A stretch of DNA of 57,802 nucleotides, taken from positions 1 through 57,802 of the IMG/VR virus record IMGVR_UViG_3300037483_000699; one strand, given 5' to 3'. This DNA comes from a virus. Positions within the stretch are counted from its first letter, which is position 1. The number at the start of each line of letters is the position of its first letter. Positions 8,113 through 16,023 of this stretch are shown one piece after another. The notes beneath the pieces were generated by a model, which saw only the letters and a list, made by a program, of their open reading frames with translations, was not told where the DNA came from and did not search any database. The translations under genes and the position numbers were made by a program.

Positions 8113-8627
8113 ACTCCTAATGGCATCAGAACGCCGTCGCCGCCGTCGAACTTGAGGCCCACCGGGTCCAAACCTCCGCCGGCCGATTCACGCATGAGAA
8201 CGCCGGGCAGTGTGGACGAGAGCTGGACGTAATGACCGGCAAGGGCGTGCTTGCCGAAGTCAACACGGCTCTTGAGTTCGCGCTCGATTCTGCCATTCCC
8301 ACCGCACTTCCCGCACGGGTGCTCGTGTCCGCAGGTGCATTCGTGCCGGCCGGTAGCATCGCACTTCGAGCAGTCTCGCGGCGGGTCAAGCACCGTGAAC
8401 GGATCGGGCAGCGGCTTCCAGTCGCCAACGCTAGGCCATTGGGTGAAAATGTTGTCGCACCTCTTCGCCAGAGCGTCGTCCACGCGCTGCACCTCTGCCA
8501 CGCGCGGCACGCGGAGTAGGATGCGGCCATCCGTCGCGTAGGTGAAGTCGCCGCTGGAGAATGGCGATGTGATGGTGGGGTGGTATAGTTCCGTTGAGCA
8601 GAAGGTTTTCAGCAATTCGAGGTTCAT
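8109..8627 (-). CDS. Protein with a DnaJ-type CxxCxGxG zinc-finger cluster (172 aa)
   Basis: CSKCDATGRHECTCGHEHPCGKCGGNG. The N-terminal ATDGRILLRVP resembles a clamp-like motif (weak). Confidence 0.6.
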   Translation of the reverse strand: MNLELLKTFCSTELYHPTITSPFSSGDFTYATDGRILLRVPRVAEVQRVDDALAKRCDNIFTQWPSVGDWKPLPDPFTVLDPPRDCSKCDATGRHECTCGHEHPCGKCGGNGRIERELKSRVDFGKHALAGHYVQLSSTLPGVLMRESAGGGLDPVGLKFDGGDGVLMPLGV

Positions 8628-8848
8628 GGCTTCCTTTCGCGGGCGGCGAGCATCGCATCGGCAATGCGGTAGGCGTTTGCCGCAACACGCTCTACCGTGC
8701 TGTCGTACTCCTTGTCAGATTCTCGGCCGGACCAGTTACCAGCCAACGCCTGCCCCGCGAACCAGTCGCGCAGGCTAATCGCTTGGAGTTCTCCGCGATG
8801 GTGGAATACAACCGTTGCTGGCCCTCCGGTGTGTTTTGCTTCACTCAT
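8624..8848 (-). CDS. Hypothetical early protein (74 aa)
   Basis: ATG 8848 within ORF 8624-8887. Overlaps the upstream stop by 8 nt. Confidence 0.55.
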   Translation of the reverse strand: MSEAKHTGGPATVVFHHRGELQAISLRDWFAGQALAGNWSGRESDKEYDSTVERVAANAYRIADAMLAARERKP

Positions 8849-9152
8849 CGTCCACCTCTGATTTGTCCGCAATGCGCGGCAGTTCAAATCGGCTCACAGG
8901 TTCGTTGCGATACTGTGTCGCGAGATCACGGGCAACCGACTCCGATACCGGGTTGATGCTGTAAATCGCCCCCGGTCCGAAGAACCGAGTAAATGCGGGT
9001 TGACCGTTGAACTCCGGCACGTCCACGCGCAGGAAGGCGCCGCCGGCAAGGCTGGCCTCTGTGACGCGGCCCACGATCTTCTGGTGGCCGAATAGTTCAA
9101 CGAGCGCCCACTCGTCGAATGCTTTTGATGTGTCTTTGGTTGGTTCACTCAT
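8841..9152 (-). CDS. Hypothetical early protein (103 aa)
   Basis: The ATG at 9152 overlaps the stop of 9149-9343 (ATGA). Internal start of the long ORF 8841-9626. Confidence 0.6.
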   Translation of the reverse strand: MSEPTKDTSKAFDEWALVELFGHQKIVGRVTEASLAGGAFLRVDVPEFNGQPAFTRFFGPGAIYSINPVSESVARDLATQYRNEPVSRFELPRIADKSEVDDE

Positions 9153-9343
9153 AGCTTTTCCTTTCCAGCGGAGGGCGCCGCGGGCGCCGGCTTCTCCTTC
9201 TTGGAGACGGCCGCCTCCAGCTTGTTGAGAATGCTCAAGCGCGTGCGGAGTTCGGCGAGCTTGCGCTCGGTGTCTTCGATCTCGATGGCGACGAGGTCGC
9301 GCTGTTCCTGGACGACGACGGCATAACGGGATTTTTTGCTCAT
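9149..9343 (-). CDS. First gene of the leftward early operon; small coiled-coil protein (64 aa)
   Basis: ORF track. A promoter-like element lies immediately upstream. Confidence 0.6.
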   Translation of the reverse strand: MSKKSRYAVVVQEQRDLVAIEIEDTERKLAELRTRLSILNKLEAAVSKKEKPAPAAPSAGKEKL

Positions 9344-9348
9344 ACCCT

Positions 9349-9377
9349 TCTGTACAGCCGCTCGTCCGCCCTGTCAA
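9349..9377 (-). promoter_or_regulatory. Candidate leftward early promoter (leaderless geometry)
   Basis: Minus strand reads TTGACA-17 nt-TACAGA-5 nt-ATG(9343). Confidence 0.5.
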
Positions 9378-9396
9378 CAATTCTTTGCGAAATTGT

Positions 9397-9425
9397 TTGA
9401 CACGCGCCGCGCCGTGTGCGAAACG
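9397..9425 (+). promoter_or_regulatory. Candidate rightward early promoter (leaderless geometry, GAAACG -10-like box)
   Basis: TTGACA-17 nt-GAAACG-6 nt-GTG(9432). Its -35 box lies 19 bp from the divergent -35 box. Confidence 0.45.
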
Positions 9426-9431
9426 TGAGCC

Positions 9432-9644
9432 GTGCAACCGAAAAAGCGTCTCCGCCCAAGCCAACAACTCCTCAACGCCGTGAGGCTGTATGGCGGCGTG
9501 AACGGCGCCAGCCGGGAATGGCGCATCGCCCGGTGGACGCTCGCACGCTGGCTGTCCGGCAAGGGCGGCATCACGACTGACACGATGCTGGCCATCTTGC
9601 AAGGGAGCGGGCTGTCGCAAGAGCAAGCGTTCGTCCGAAAGTAA
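9432..9644 (+). CDS. XRE/Cro-like helix-turn-helix regulator (70 aa, GTG start)
   Basis: GASREWRIARWTLARWLSGKGGIT..TMLAILQGSGLS fits an HTH pattern. First gene of the rightward block. Confidence 0.55.
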   Translation: MQPKKRLRPSQQLLNAVRLYGGVNGASREWRIARWTLARWLSGKGGITTDTMLAILQGSGLSQEQAFVRK

Positions 9645-9646
9645 CC

Positions 9647-9817
9647 ATGAGCCGTTTCATCCTTGCCATGGTGGGTGTCGCGGGATGCCCGTTTATGATC
9701 GCCGGCTTCCTCTTTGACTTCATCGCGGCTGCCTTCAATCACGGCCGGAAAGCCTTCCAGAACTTCTGTGTTAAGACGCTCAAAGACTCATTCATCGACA
9801 GCCTGGATGATGACTGA
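9647..9817 (+). CDS. Small membrane protein (56 aa, not in the ORF track)
   Basis: Hand translation: MSRFILAMVGVAGCPFMIAGFLFDFIAAAF... ATG lies 2 nt after the upstream TAA. Confidence 0.4.
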   Translation: MSRFILAMVGVAGCPFMIAGFLFDFIAAAFNHGRKAFQNFCVKTLKDSFIDSLDDD

Positions 9818-9829
9818 CAACCACCAACC

Positions 9830-9988
9830 ATGAACCTTTGCCCGCCGTTCCTGTGCCGGACGAATCACTGCCGGGGGTGCGGACCCCTGGCGTTGGGAAG
9901 CGCGATGCGGCACCAATACCCCAGAAATAAGATCGGGAACATCGTGGCGGCGGGCTCCAATCACCACCACCATGAACCCAACCCTTGA
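9830..9988 (+). CDS. Possible Cys-rich micro-protein (52 aa, not in the ORF track)
   Basis: Hand translation: MNLCPPFLCRTNHCRGCG... ACCACC-ATGAAC start context. Overlaps the next gene by 17 nt. Confidence 0.3.
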   Translation: MNLCPPFLCRTNHCRGCGPLALGSAMRHQYPRNKIGNIVAAGSNHHHHEPNP

Positions 9989-10166
9989 AGAACTCGAAGC
10001 CCTAGAGCGCGACGCGTGGGCGGCATTCAATGCGGCTGATGCCGTGGCAAAACCTTTGCGCGATGTATGGATTGCGGCCATGCAAGCCGTCCAGCGGAAG
10101 CGCCTCCGCGATGAACTCCTCACCGAACTCAAAGCCACCCACCACGGAGAAAGACTACCGGAATGA
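9972..10166 (+). CDS. Hypothetical protein (64 aa)
   Basis: ORF track. CACCACCACC-ATGAAC start context. Confidence 0.55.
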   Translation: MNPTLEELEALERDAWAAFNAADAVAKPLRDVWIAAMQAVQRKRLRDELLTELKATHHGERLPE

Positions 10167-11473
10167 GCACCACTGACACACCCGAACCCAAACCTGAATC
10201 CAACTTGCCGGCGCTCCGCACTGAAGCTGGTGCGCTTGGCCCGGCACTTCCGCCCGAAGAAATCAACGCGCCTATCACCGCCGCCCAGGCCAAGGTGGAC
10301 GCCATCGCCCAAGTCACGATGTCTGCCTACGCACGCGCGGCCACCCTCCAGTTGGGGGCCGATGAATCCGCCGCTCTCCAAGAACCATTCCCGGACGAAG
10401 CGTTTCAGCCGGGCGCGGCCGGAAAGGAGAACCTAATTTACGTCGAGCACGCCTTCCTTCGGGATCGGCTCAACAAAGTGCTGGGCATCGGTCAGTGGGC
10501 TATCATCCCGCGCAACCGCTGGGCCGAACCGTTCAAGTTCTACAGCAAGTTCGACAAGTGCCAGAAGGAAGGCACTCGGATTTACGTTGAGGCCATGCTC
10601 ATGGTGCGCGGTGCATTCGTGGCTGAGGCTGTCGGCTCGATGGACTACTACCCGAACGACGCCACCAACTATGGCGACGCTGTTGAGGGTGCCAAGACGG
10701 CGGCACTTCGGCGGACTTGCAAGGAGTTCGGTGTGGGCCTCCAGGCATGGAGCAAGGACTGGTGCGAAGGCTGGTGGCAACGACGGCGCCAAGGTGCCCG
10801 TGGGCAACCTCCAGCGCAGGCAGCCCGGCCAGCGCCCACCCAGGCCACGCCAGCGCCTCGCCCAGCACCAGCGTGGGCACCGCCGACGCCCGAGACACCC
10901 GAGCGGAAGCTGGCCCGCTGGGTGGCGCTCATGCGCGAGGCGGCGACGAACCGAGACGAGTACGCCGAGGAAGTCCTCCGTGACCACGACATCCTCATGC
11001 CTAACGAGACGCTTGCGGACTACCCGCTGAGGAAGTTGCCGGCGAGCCGCGGCATCGCCGCGGGCCTTCTGGACGAGATTCGCGCGAAGTCGGGCGCGGG
11101 TGAACCGCCGCCGCCGGCGAAGCCCGCCGCCAAGCCCGCTCCGGCGCCGGCACCAGCCGCCACCGAGAAGGCTGAGGAACCTTGGCGGGCCTACCCGATG
11201 CCGTTCGGGAAGAACGCTGGCACGCCGCTGGGGAAGCTCGCCAAGCCCTATCTGTTCGGCCTGTGGGCCAACTACGTCGTTGAGACGGAATGGAAGGGAA
11301 AGCCGCGTAGCGAGGCGCAGATCACGAAGGACCTTGGATTTCGTACGATGCTGGACGACGCTGGCCGCCACTACGAGTTCACCAAGCCGGAGGACAGCCA
11401 GCCGGCGCAGCCGAGCGAGCCTGAGCCCGGGCCTGGACCGGAGCCGGATGACGCGGATGATTGCCCATTCTGA
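10163..11473 (+). CDS. Rad52/Rad22-like single-strand annealing protein fused to a C-terminal PFGK (DUF3820-like) domain
   Basis: GDAVEGAKTAALRRTCKEFGVGLQAW resembles the Rad52-family core. A Pro/Ala linker follows, then YPMPFGKNAGTPLGKLAKPYLFGLW. Confidence 0.5.
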   Translation: MSTTDTPEPKPESNLPALRTEAGALGPALPPEEINAPITAAQAKVDAIAQVTMSAYARAATLQLGADESAALQEPFPDEAFQPGAAGKENLIYVEHAFLRDRLNKVLGIGQWAIIPRNRWAEPFKFYSKFDKCQKEGTRIYVEAMLMVRGAFVAEAVGSMDYYPNDATNYGDAVEGAKTAALRRTCKEFGVGLQAWSKDWCEGWWQRRRQGARGQPPAQAARPAPTQATPAPRPAPAWAPPTPETPERKLARWVALMREAATNRDEYAEEVLRDHDILMPNETLADYPLRKLPASRGIAAGLLDEIRAKSGAGEPPPPAKPAAKPAPAPAPAATEKAEEPWRAYPMPFGKNAGTPLGKLAKPYLFGLWANYVVETEWKGKPRSEAQITKDLGFRTMLDDAGRHYEFTKPEDSQPAQPSEPEPGPGPEPDDADDCPF

Positions 11474-11475
11474 CC

Positions 11476-11796
11476 ATGAGCATTCCCTTCACTCAATTCC
11501 TGATGCCCAACGGGCGACAGACTCCGGTGGAGATTGACCGGCCACCTGAGATTGAGGCCCTGGCCAAGCGCCTCCTGGACGCGGGATGCCACTTCGAGAT
11601 TGAAATGCTGACGACGGGTGAAGTCAGCATGGAGGTCGTCTGGTCGCAACAGGAAGAACCGGTTGCGTCGGCCCTGTGTCCCAACGGTCCCGAGGTGCCC
11701 GTCAGCGTTGACCAGATGATTCGAGAGGCGGTGAAGAATCTGGAACCTGATGCCGACATGGGCCGCATGGAACACGACGACCGCGGAGACAACTGA
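11476..11796 (+). CDS. Hypothetical protein (106 aa)
   Basis: First ATG of ORF 11461-11796, 2 nt after the upstream stop. Confidence 0.55.
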   Translation: MSIPFTQFLMPNGRQTPVEIDRPPEIEALAKRLLDAGCHFEIEMLTTGEVSMEVVWSQQEEPVASALCPNGPEVPVSVDQMIREAVKNLEPDADMGRMEHDDRGDN

Positions 11797-11823
11797 CCAC
11801 CAAACCACCACCACACCACCACC

Positions 11824-12576
11824 ATGAACCTAGTCCGATACCAATGGAAAGACGGAGAACTCCCGGGCATTCAATATGACCAGGAGGAGATTCAGAAACG
11901 CGATGCCCTCGTGTTGAGGGCCGAGCAAATCATGGCGGTTACGACCGCTGACGAACAGGCGATGGCCGTTGCCGTCGGACAGGACCTCCGCAACTGGGTG
12001 AAGGACATCGAGGCCGCGCGCGTCGAGGTTAAGGCGCCCTTCCGGGAGCGGGCGGAGCTGGTGGACAGTCTCGCCAAGGGAGCCGTCGCTCCGCTCAAAG
12101 CCGAACTGGACCGGCTGTCGAGGCTCGTCTCGTGCTTCCAAGCGCAGGAGGCAGAGCGCGTCAGGTTGGCTGAGGATGCCCGGCAGAAGGAGATTGCCCG
12201 CCTCGAAGCCGAGCGGAAGAAGGCTGAAGACGACGCCCGCGTGATGCAGGCGGCGATGGTGAGTGACAAGGACCTGGAGGAAGCTATCGCGGCGGAGGCA
12301 GCGGCGAAGAAGGCCCAGGAGGACGCCTACAACCGGATTGCGGCACCGTTGCCGGAGGCACAGAAGGCCACCGGCGCGGCCACACGCAAAGAGATGTGCT
12401 ACGAGGTGTTGGATGTCCATGCGCTCTACAGGGCACGGCCGGAACTCGTGAGGTTGGAGGCCAACGCCGCGGCGATTCGTGCAACGGTGGTGGTGGGCAT
12501 GGTGGTGCCTGGATTGCGCATCTGGGAGGAGACGAAGACGGTAATCAGCACGCGGCGGCCGGCGTGGGTGAGGTAG
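11824..12576 (+). CDS. Coiled-coil protein (250 aa), recombination/replication block
   Basis: ORF track. Long E/A/R/K heptad-like central region. Confidence 0.6.
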   Translation: MNLVRYQWKDGELPGIQYDQEEIQKRDALVLRAEQIMAVTTADEQAMAVAVGQDLRNWVKDIEAARVEVKAPFRERAELVDSLAKGAVAPLKAELDRLSRLVSCFQAQEAERVRLAEDARQKEIARLEAERKKAEDDARVMQAAMVSDKDLEEAIAAEAAAKKAQEDAYNRIAAPLPEAQKATGAATRKEMCYEVLDVHALYRARPELVRLEANAAAIRATVVVGMVVPGLRIWEETKTVISTRRPAWVR

Positions 12577-12612
12577 AAGAAAGACGCGCGGCTCAAGAAA
12601 ATGGTGTGACCT

Positions 12613-12879
12613 ATGAACCTACGCGATGTAGCGGAAAAAGAATGGGCCACTGTCGGCCCTTCACCAACACACGATGAACTCAAAACCGCTGTGCTCCTGA
12701 GGATAGCCGATGGCGTGGCCGTGATGGCGAAAAACCACACACAACTCGTCGATGACCGCGCCAAGTACGAGCGATGGTGGCGGGAAGGCCAGGAGGAGGG
12801 TTACGCGCTGGAACGCAGGTGTGCCGCTCTGCGTGGCGTCATCACCAAGCTCAAGAATCAACTCAAAGCAAAACCGTGA
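12613..12879 (+). CDS. Hypothetical protein (88 aa)
   Basis: ORF track. Confidence 0.55.
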   Translation: MNLRDVAEKEWATVGPSPTHDELKTAVLLRIADGVAVMAKNHTQLVDDRAKYERWWREGQEEGYALERRCAALRGVITKLKNQLKAKP

Positions 12880-13457
12880 CCACCGAACAACTCAACGATC
12901 CCACCGAATGGGCGGCGATACTGGCGCTCAAGGAGGGGAAGCCGATTCAGGCCAGCATTGGAGGTGTCTGGTTTGAAACGCAGTCTTACATACCTGGCGC
13001 GAAGCACCGCCCCAAGCCCACCCCTGTCCCGCCGGGCGACCTCACGTGGGAAGAGGCGAAGGCGTTGCACGAGTCGGGGGTGAGCGTGGACTACTCTCTC
13101 AACGGTTCGCGTTGGGACAGGGTGTTTCTGTGGTTCAACCGAGCGACGCGCAACGAAGTCGCCTGCGCTGCCTACCGCCGCACGCCGAAGTCCGCTCCCG
13201 AGCCCGCGCCAGCTCCCGCCCCCACCGCCGAACGGTGCGCGTGCGGGCATGAGTGGGGCGAGCACGCATCCAAGGGTTGCCACCACTGGATCGACAACGA
13301 GCAGGGCTATTGTCCATGCATCCTCACCCAAGCCGCCGTCCCGCCCGAGCCGAAGCGGATGGTGCCGCTCGACGCCGCGATTGACGCCGGCCACAAGGCC
13401 CTGGCTGGGTTCATCCGCGACCTGCGCGAGCTGGCAGAGAAAGAGGCGAAGGAGTGA
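12876..13457 (+). CDS. Hypothetical protein (193 aa, GTG start overlapping the upstream stop)
   Basis: GTGA junction at 12876. His/Cys cluster CACGHEWGEH..GCHHW..CPC. Confidence 0.5.
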   Translation: MTTEQLNDPTEWAAILALKEGKPIQASIGGVWFETQSYIPGAKHRPKPTPVPPGDLTWEEAKALHESGVSVDYSLNGSRWDRVFLWFNRATRNEVACAAYRRTPKSAPEPAPAPAPTAERCACGHEWGEHASKGCHHWIDNEQGYCPCILTQAAVPPEPKRMVPLDAAIDAGHKALAGFIRDLRELAEKEAKE

Positions 13458-13639
13458 AGCTCAAGAAGCGCAGCGCCCATGTCTGGGTTGAGGTGGACGG
13501 CAAATCCTGGCGGTTGACCCTGGACAGTCACGGCGACCTCACCGTGCGCGAGAAGCACCAGCGGAAGCGCGTCACGCTGACGGCGTGGGAACTCGTGCAG
13601 AAAGGCAAGCAACTCCGCGAAGGGAGCTTGTGCTTATGA
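13454..13639 (+). CDS. Hypothetical small basic protein (61 aa)
   Basis: ORF track, GTGA junction. Confidence 0.45.
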   Translation: MKLKKRSAHVWVEVDGKSWRLTLDSHGDLTVREKHQRKRVTLTAWELVQKGKQLREGSLCL

Positions 13640-13665
13640 AACCACGGTGAACAACGAAAGCTAAT

Positions 13666-14028
13666 ATGACCGATAAACTATCCCAACTCCTACGGGCGCA
13701 TGCCGTCGAACTCATCGACGCCAACGCGCAGAACATCGCCGATGAACTCAAGACCGCCGAGGAAGGTAAGCTGCCCGTCAGCCTCACCTTCAAGCTGGTC
13801 CTCATCGGCCTCAAGCTCCACGTCAAAACCGGCATCGGGTTCACGCGCCGCTTTTCCGACGAGACCGAGGGCAGCGTTGAGATCCAGGACCCGAAGCAGC
13901 CGGAGTTGGCTGGCGTGTCCGGGGTCGTGAAGAAGTTCGTGAAGAACATGGAGAAGACGCTGGGGCCGGGCAGCTCATGCACCATCTCCGCGCTCGGAAC
14001 CACGGCGGTGATCGATGGAAAGCCCTGA
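13666..14028 (+). CDS. Hypothetical protein (120 aa)
   Basis: ORF track, preceded by ACAACGAAAG. Confidence 0.6.
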   Translation: MTDKLSQLLRAHAVELIDANAQNIADELKTAEEGKLPVSLTFKLVLIGLKLHVKTGIGFTRRFSDETEGSVEIQDPKQPELAGVSGVVKKFVKNMEKTLGPGSSCTISALGTTAVIDGKP

Positions 14029-14097
14029 TTCCCCTTGCCGCTGGCGCCCGCGGCGCGTAGGGTGAGGACGTGAGATCGTGCAAGACAATCTGCCGAC

Positions 14098-14155
14098 CTC
14101 CCGGAGCCCGAAAGGGCGCCTCGGGGTTCTACCCCCACGGTCTCACATCCGGGAG
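14098..14155 (+). promoter_or_regulatory. Structured leader (possible three-way junction) upstream of the winged-helix gene
   Basis: Outer 8-bp stem CTCCCGGA/TCCGGGAG encloses GCCC-GAAA-GGGC and GGGG-TTCTA-CCCC hairpins. Confidence 0.35.
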
Positions 14156-14178
14156 GCGGCGCTTGCTTGGAGGCACAA

Positions 14179-15114
14179 ATGGGTTTCACTAAGCTCTTCT
14201 CTTCGCTCGTCACATCCTCAATCTGGTGCGAGAAGGACACCACCCTCCGCGTTTGGATCGCCATGCTGGCTACGTGCGACTCCCGCGGCATCGTCGAGGG
14301 TTCAATCCCGGGATTCGCCAGCCTTGCCAGGGTGTCAGTGGAAGACATGGAGGAGGCTGAACGCATCCTTTCCAGCCCTGACGAACACAGCCGAACGAAG
14401 GCGAATGATGGACGCAGGATAGCAGCCTGTGATGGAGGATGGAAAATCCTGAACTATCTCAACTACAGGGAGAAAGGACAGGATAAGGATGGAAGCCGGG
14501 CCCCGTATTTCAGGGAACGGAGAAGCGGTGCAGTAGCACGCAACAAAGGAGTGTTGCGCGATACACAGGGAACTGTTGCGCGATACACAGAAGAGAGAAG
14601 AGAGAGTACAGACGCAGAAGTACACACCCCCCAAACCCCCCAAGAGGGGCCGGCGGGTGTGTCCGGGGCAGTTCCGGACTCGTTCCACGTGGAACTGCCC
14701 CCGAGGTTCCCGGCGAGCGCCCTTGAGGCGGTAGCCCAGAGCATGACCGCCGGCTGCCCGCCCGACTTCGTGCAGAAGACTTGGGACATGGCGTCCTCCC
14801 GGGGCGGTCACGATGCGAAGGACGTGCCGATACGGAACTGGGCCTCCTACATGATGCTGTGCTGGAAGTACGAGAAGGAGCGGGAAGCGAAAGCGAAGAC
14901 AGCCGGCGGAAACGGCAGGCCACCGTCGATCATGGACTTGAAGACGGCCATCGGGGTTAAGGAGGAGCGCCTCAAGGAGCTGCGATTCAACTACGCTCAC
15001 GAGCAGCCGGGCGGCGGGTGGAAGTGGAAGGACGACGCGAAGCTGGTCGAGGCGAAGGCCCTGAAGGCGGAGATTGCCGGACTCAAGGCTCAGATCGAGG
15101 CGAAGGCGGCATGA
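14179..15114 (+). CDS. Winged-helix DNA-binding protein, replication-organiser-like (311 aa); paralog of 22194-22727
   Basis: Shared motif L.SPDEHS(R/H).K...GRR. GGAGG lies 5 nt upstream of ATG 14179. Confidence 0.5.
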   Translation: MGFTKLFSSLVTSSIWCEKDTTLRVWIAMLATCDSRGIVEGSIPGFASLARVSVEDMEEAERILSSPDEHSRTKANDGRRIAACDGGWKILNYLNYREKGQDKDGSRAPYFRERRSGAVARNKGVLRDTQGTVARYTEERRESTDAEVHTPQTPQEGPAGVSGAVPDSFHVELPPRFPASALEAVAQSMTAGCPPDFVQKTWDMASSRGGHDAKDVPIRNWASYMMLCWKYEKEREAKAKTAGGNGRPPSIMDLKTAIGVKEERLKELRFNYAHEQPGGGWKWKDDAKLVEAKALKAEIAGLKAQIEAKAA

Positions 15115-15422
15115 ACGGCACCCACGACAACCGCAAACCGGCCGCCCCGGAGGCATTCTCTGGACCGATTGGTTATGACTGGGCCGTGGTTTGGAGGAAC
15201 GGTAAACCCGTCGCTGCTTTTGTGGCAAGAGCAATGGCTGCTGCCTGGATCTCGGAAGCCCCACATCGGACCAACGACGTGATTTCAACCTGGCCGAACA
15301 GACAAACACTCCGCGATTATTGGGCTAATGCTCAACGGCAATCTCGCGCCCGAAAACGAAAGTCACAACACCCAAGCTCACCCACCGCCCGTGTAGGCTG
15401 TGGTGGGGCGCAACCAAAATAA
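15111..15422 (+). CDS. Hypothetical protein (103 aa)
   Basis: ATGA overlap with the upstream stop. Begins MNGTHD. Confidence 0.5.
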   Translation: MNGTHDNRKPAAPEAFSGPIGYDWAVVWRNGKPVAAFVARAMAAAWISEAPHRTNDVISTWPNRQTLRDYWANAQRQSRARKRKSQHPSSPTARVGCGGAQPK

Positions 15423-15425
15423 TCA

Positions 15426-15647
15426 ATGAAAAAGACAGCATCGAACGTAAAAAAGACACCGACTGTTGCGGTACAGCTCATGGTTAGGTCACATCGTCGG
15501 CTTATCAAAACGCTTTTCCCAAACCAAGCGACGAACATAGGATGGGGGATGTCCTCAATGGGCATCTCATCCAAGGTGCAAGGGTTTGGCATCATCACCA
15601 CAGAACTGAAGGATGGGAAAATTATCACGACGGGTGAAGCAGTCTAA
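15426..15647 (+). CDS. Hypothetical protein (73 aa) in a low-GC patch
   Basis: ORF track. An antisense ORF 15332-15628 competes for this region. Confidence 0.35.
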   Translation: MKKTASNVKKTPTVAVQLMVRSHRRLIKTLFPNQATNIGWGMSSMGISSKVQGFGIITTELKDGKIITTGEAV

Positions 15648-15694
15648 CATTGATCACTACGAATGAATTTCTGGAAGCGATAGAGGAAGGCGGG

Positions 15695-15985
15695 ATGAAC
15701 GGCACCAGCCACGACGCAGATGCGGATCCGGAGCGCCAGCGCGCCGTGGAGGACATCCGCCGCGAGGTGGCCGCGGATCACTACCAGCGCACGCGCAGCG
15801 GCATGTTGCGGGAACTGGCCGATGCGATGAGAGCCGAGGTGGCGGCGTCCCCGGGCGTGATCCGCTTGGACGTTACATTCCGTTGCCACCTTTGCGGGAC
15901 GCCAGTGGGCATCGCGGCCCAGAGCCCGAGCAACCCGCGGCTGTTCCTGTGCCCAGACTGCCGCGGGAAGTTCAAGAGAAAGTGA
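15695..15985 (+). CDS. Zinc-ribbon protein (96 aa)
   Basis: ATG 15695 shares ~30 nt of start context with 15111 (MNGTSHD). C-terminus CHLCG...CPDC. Confidence 0.5.
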   Translation: MNGTSHDADADPERQRAVEDIRREVAADHYQRTRSGMLRELADAMRAEVAASPGVIRLDVTFRCHLCGTPVGIAAQSPSNPRLFLCPDCRGKFKRK

Positions 15986-16023
15986 AACCATGCCACGCTG
16001 GACCGCTGAAGAACTCAAAGCCT

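Noticed and set aside
15332-15628. Antisense 98-aa ORF in the low-GC patch
   Set aside because: It would overlap the 3' end of 15111-15422 and has no promoter or RBS context. I kept the plus-strand 15426-15647 call, at low confidence.
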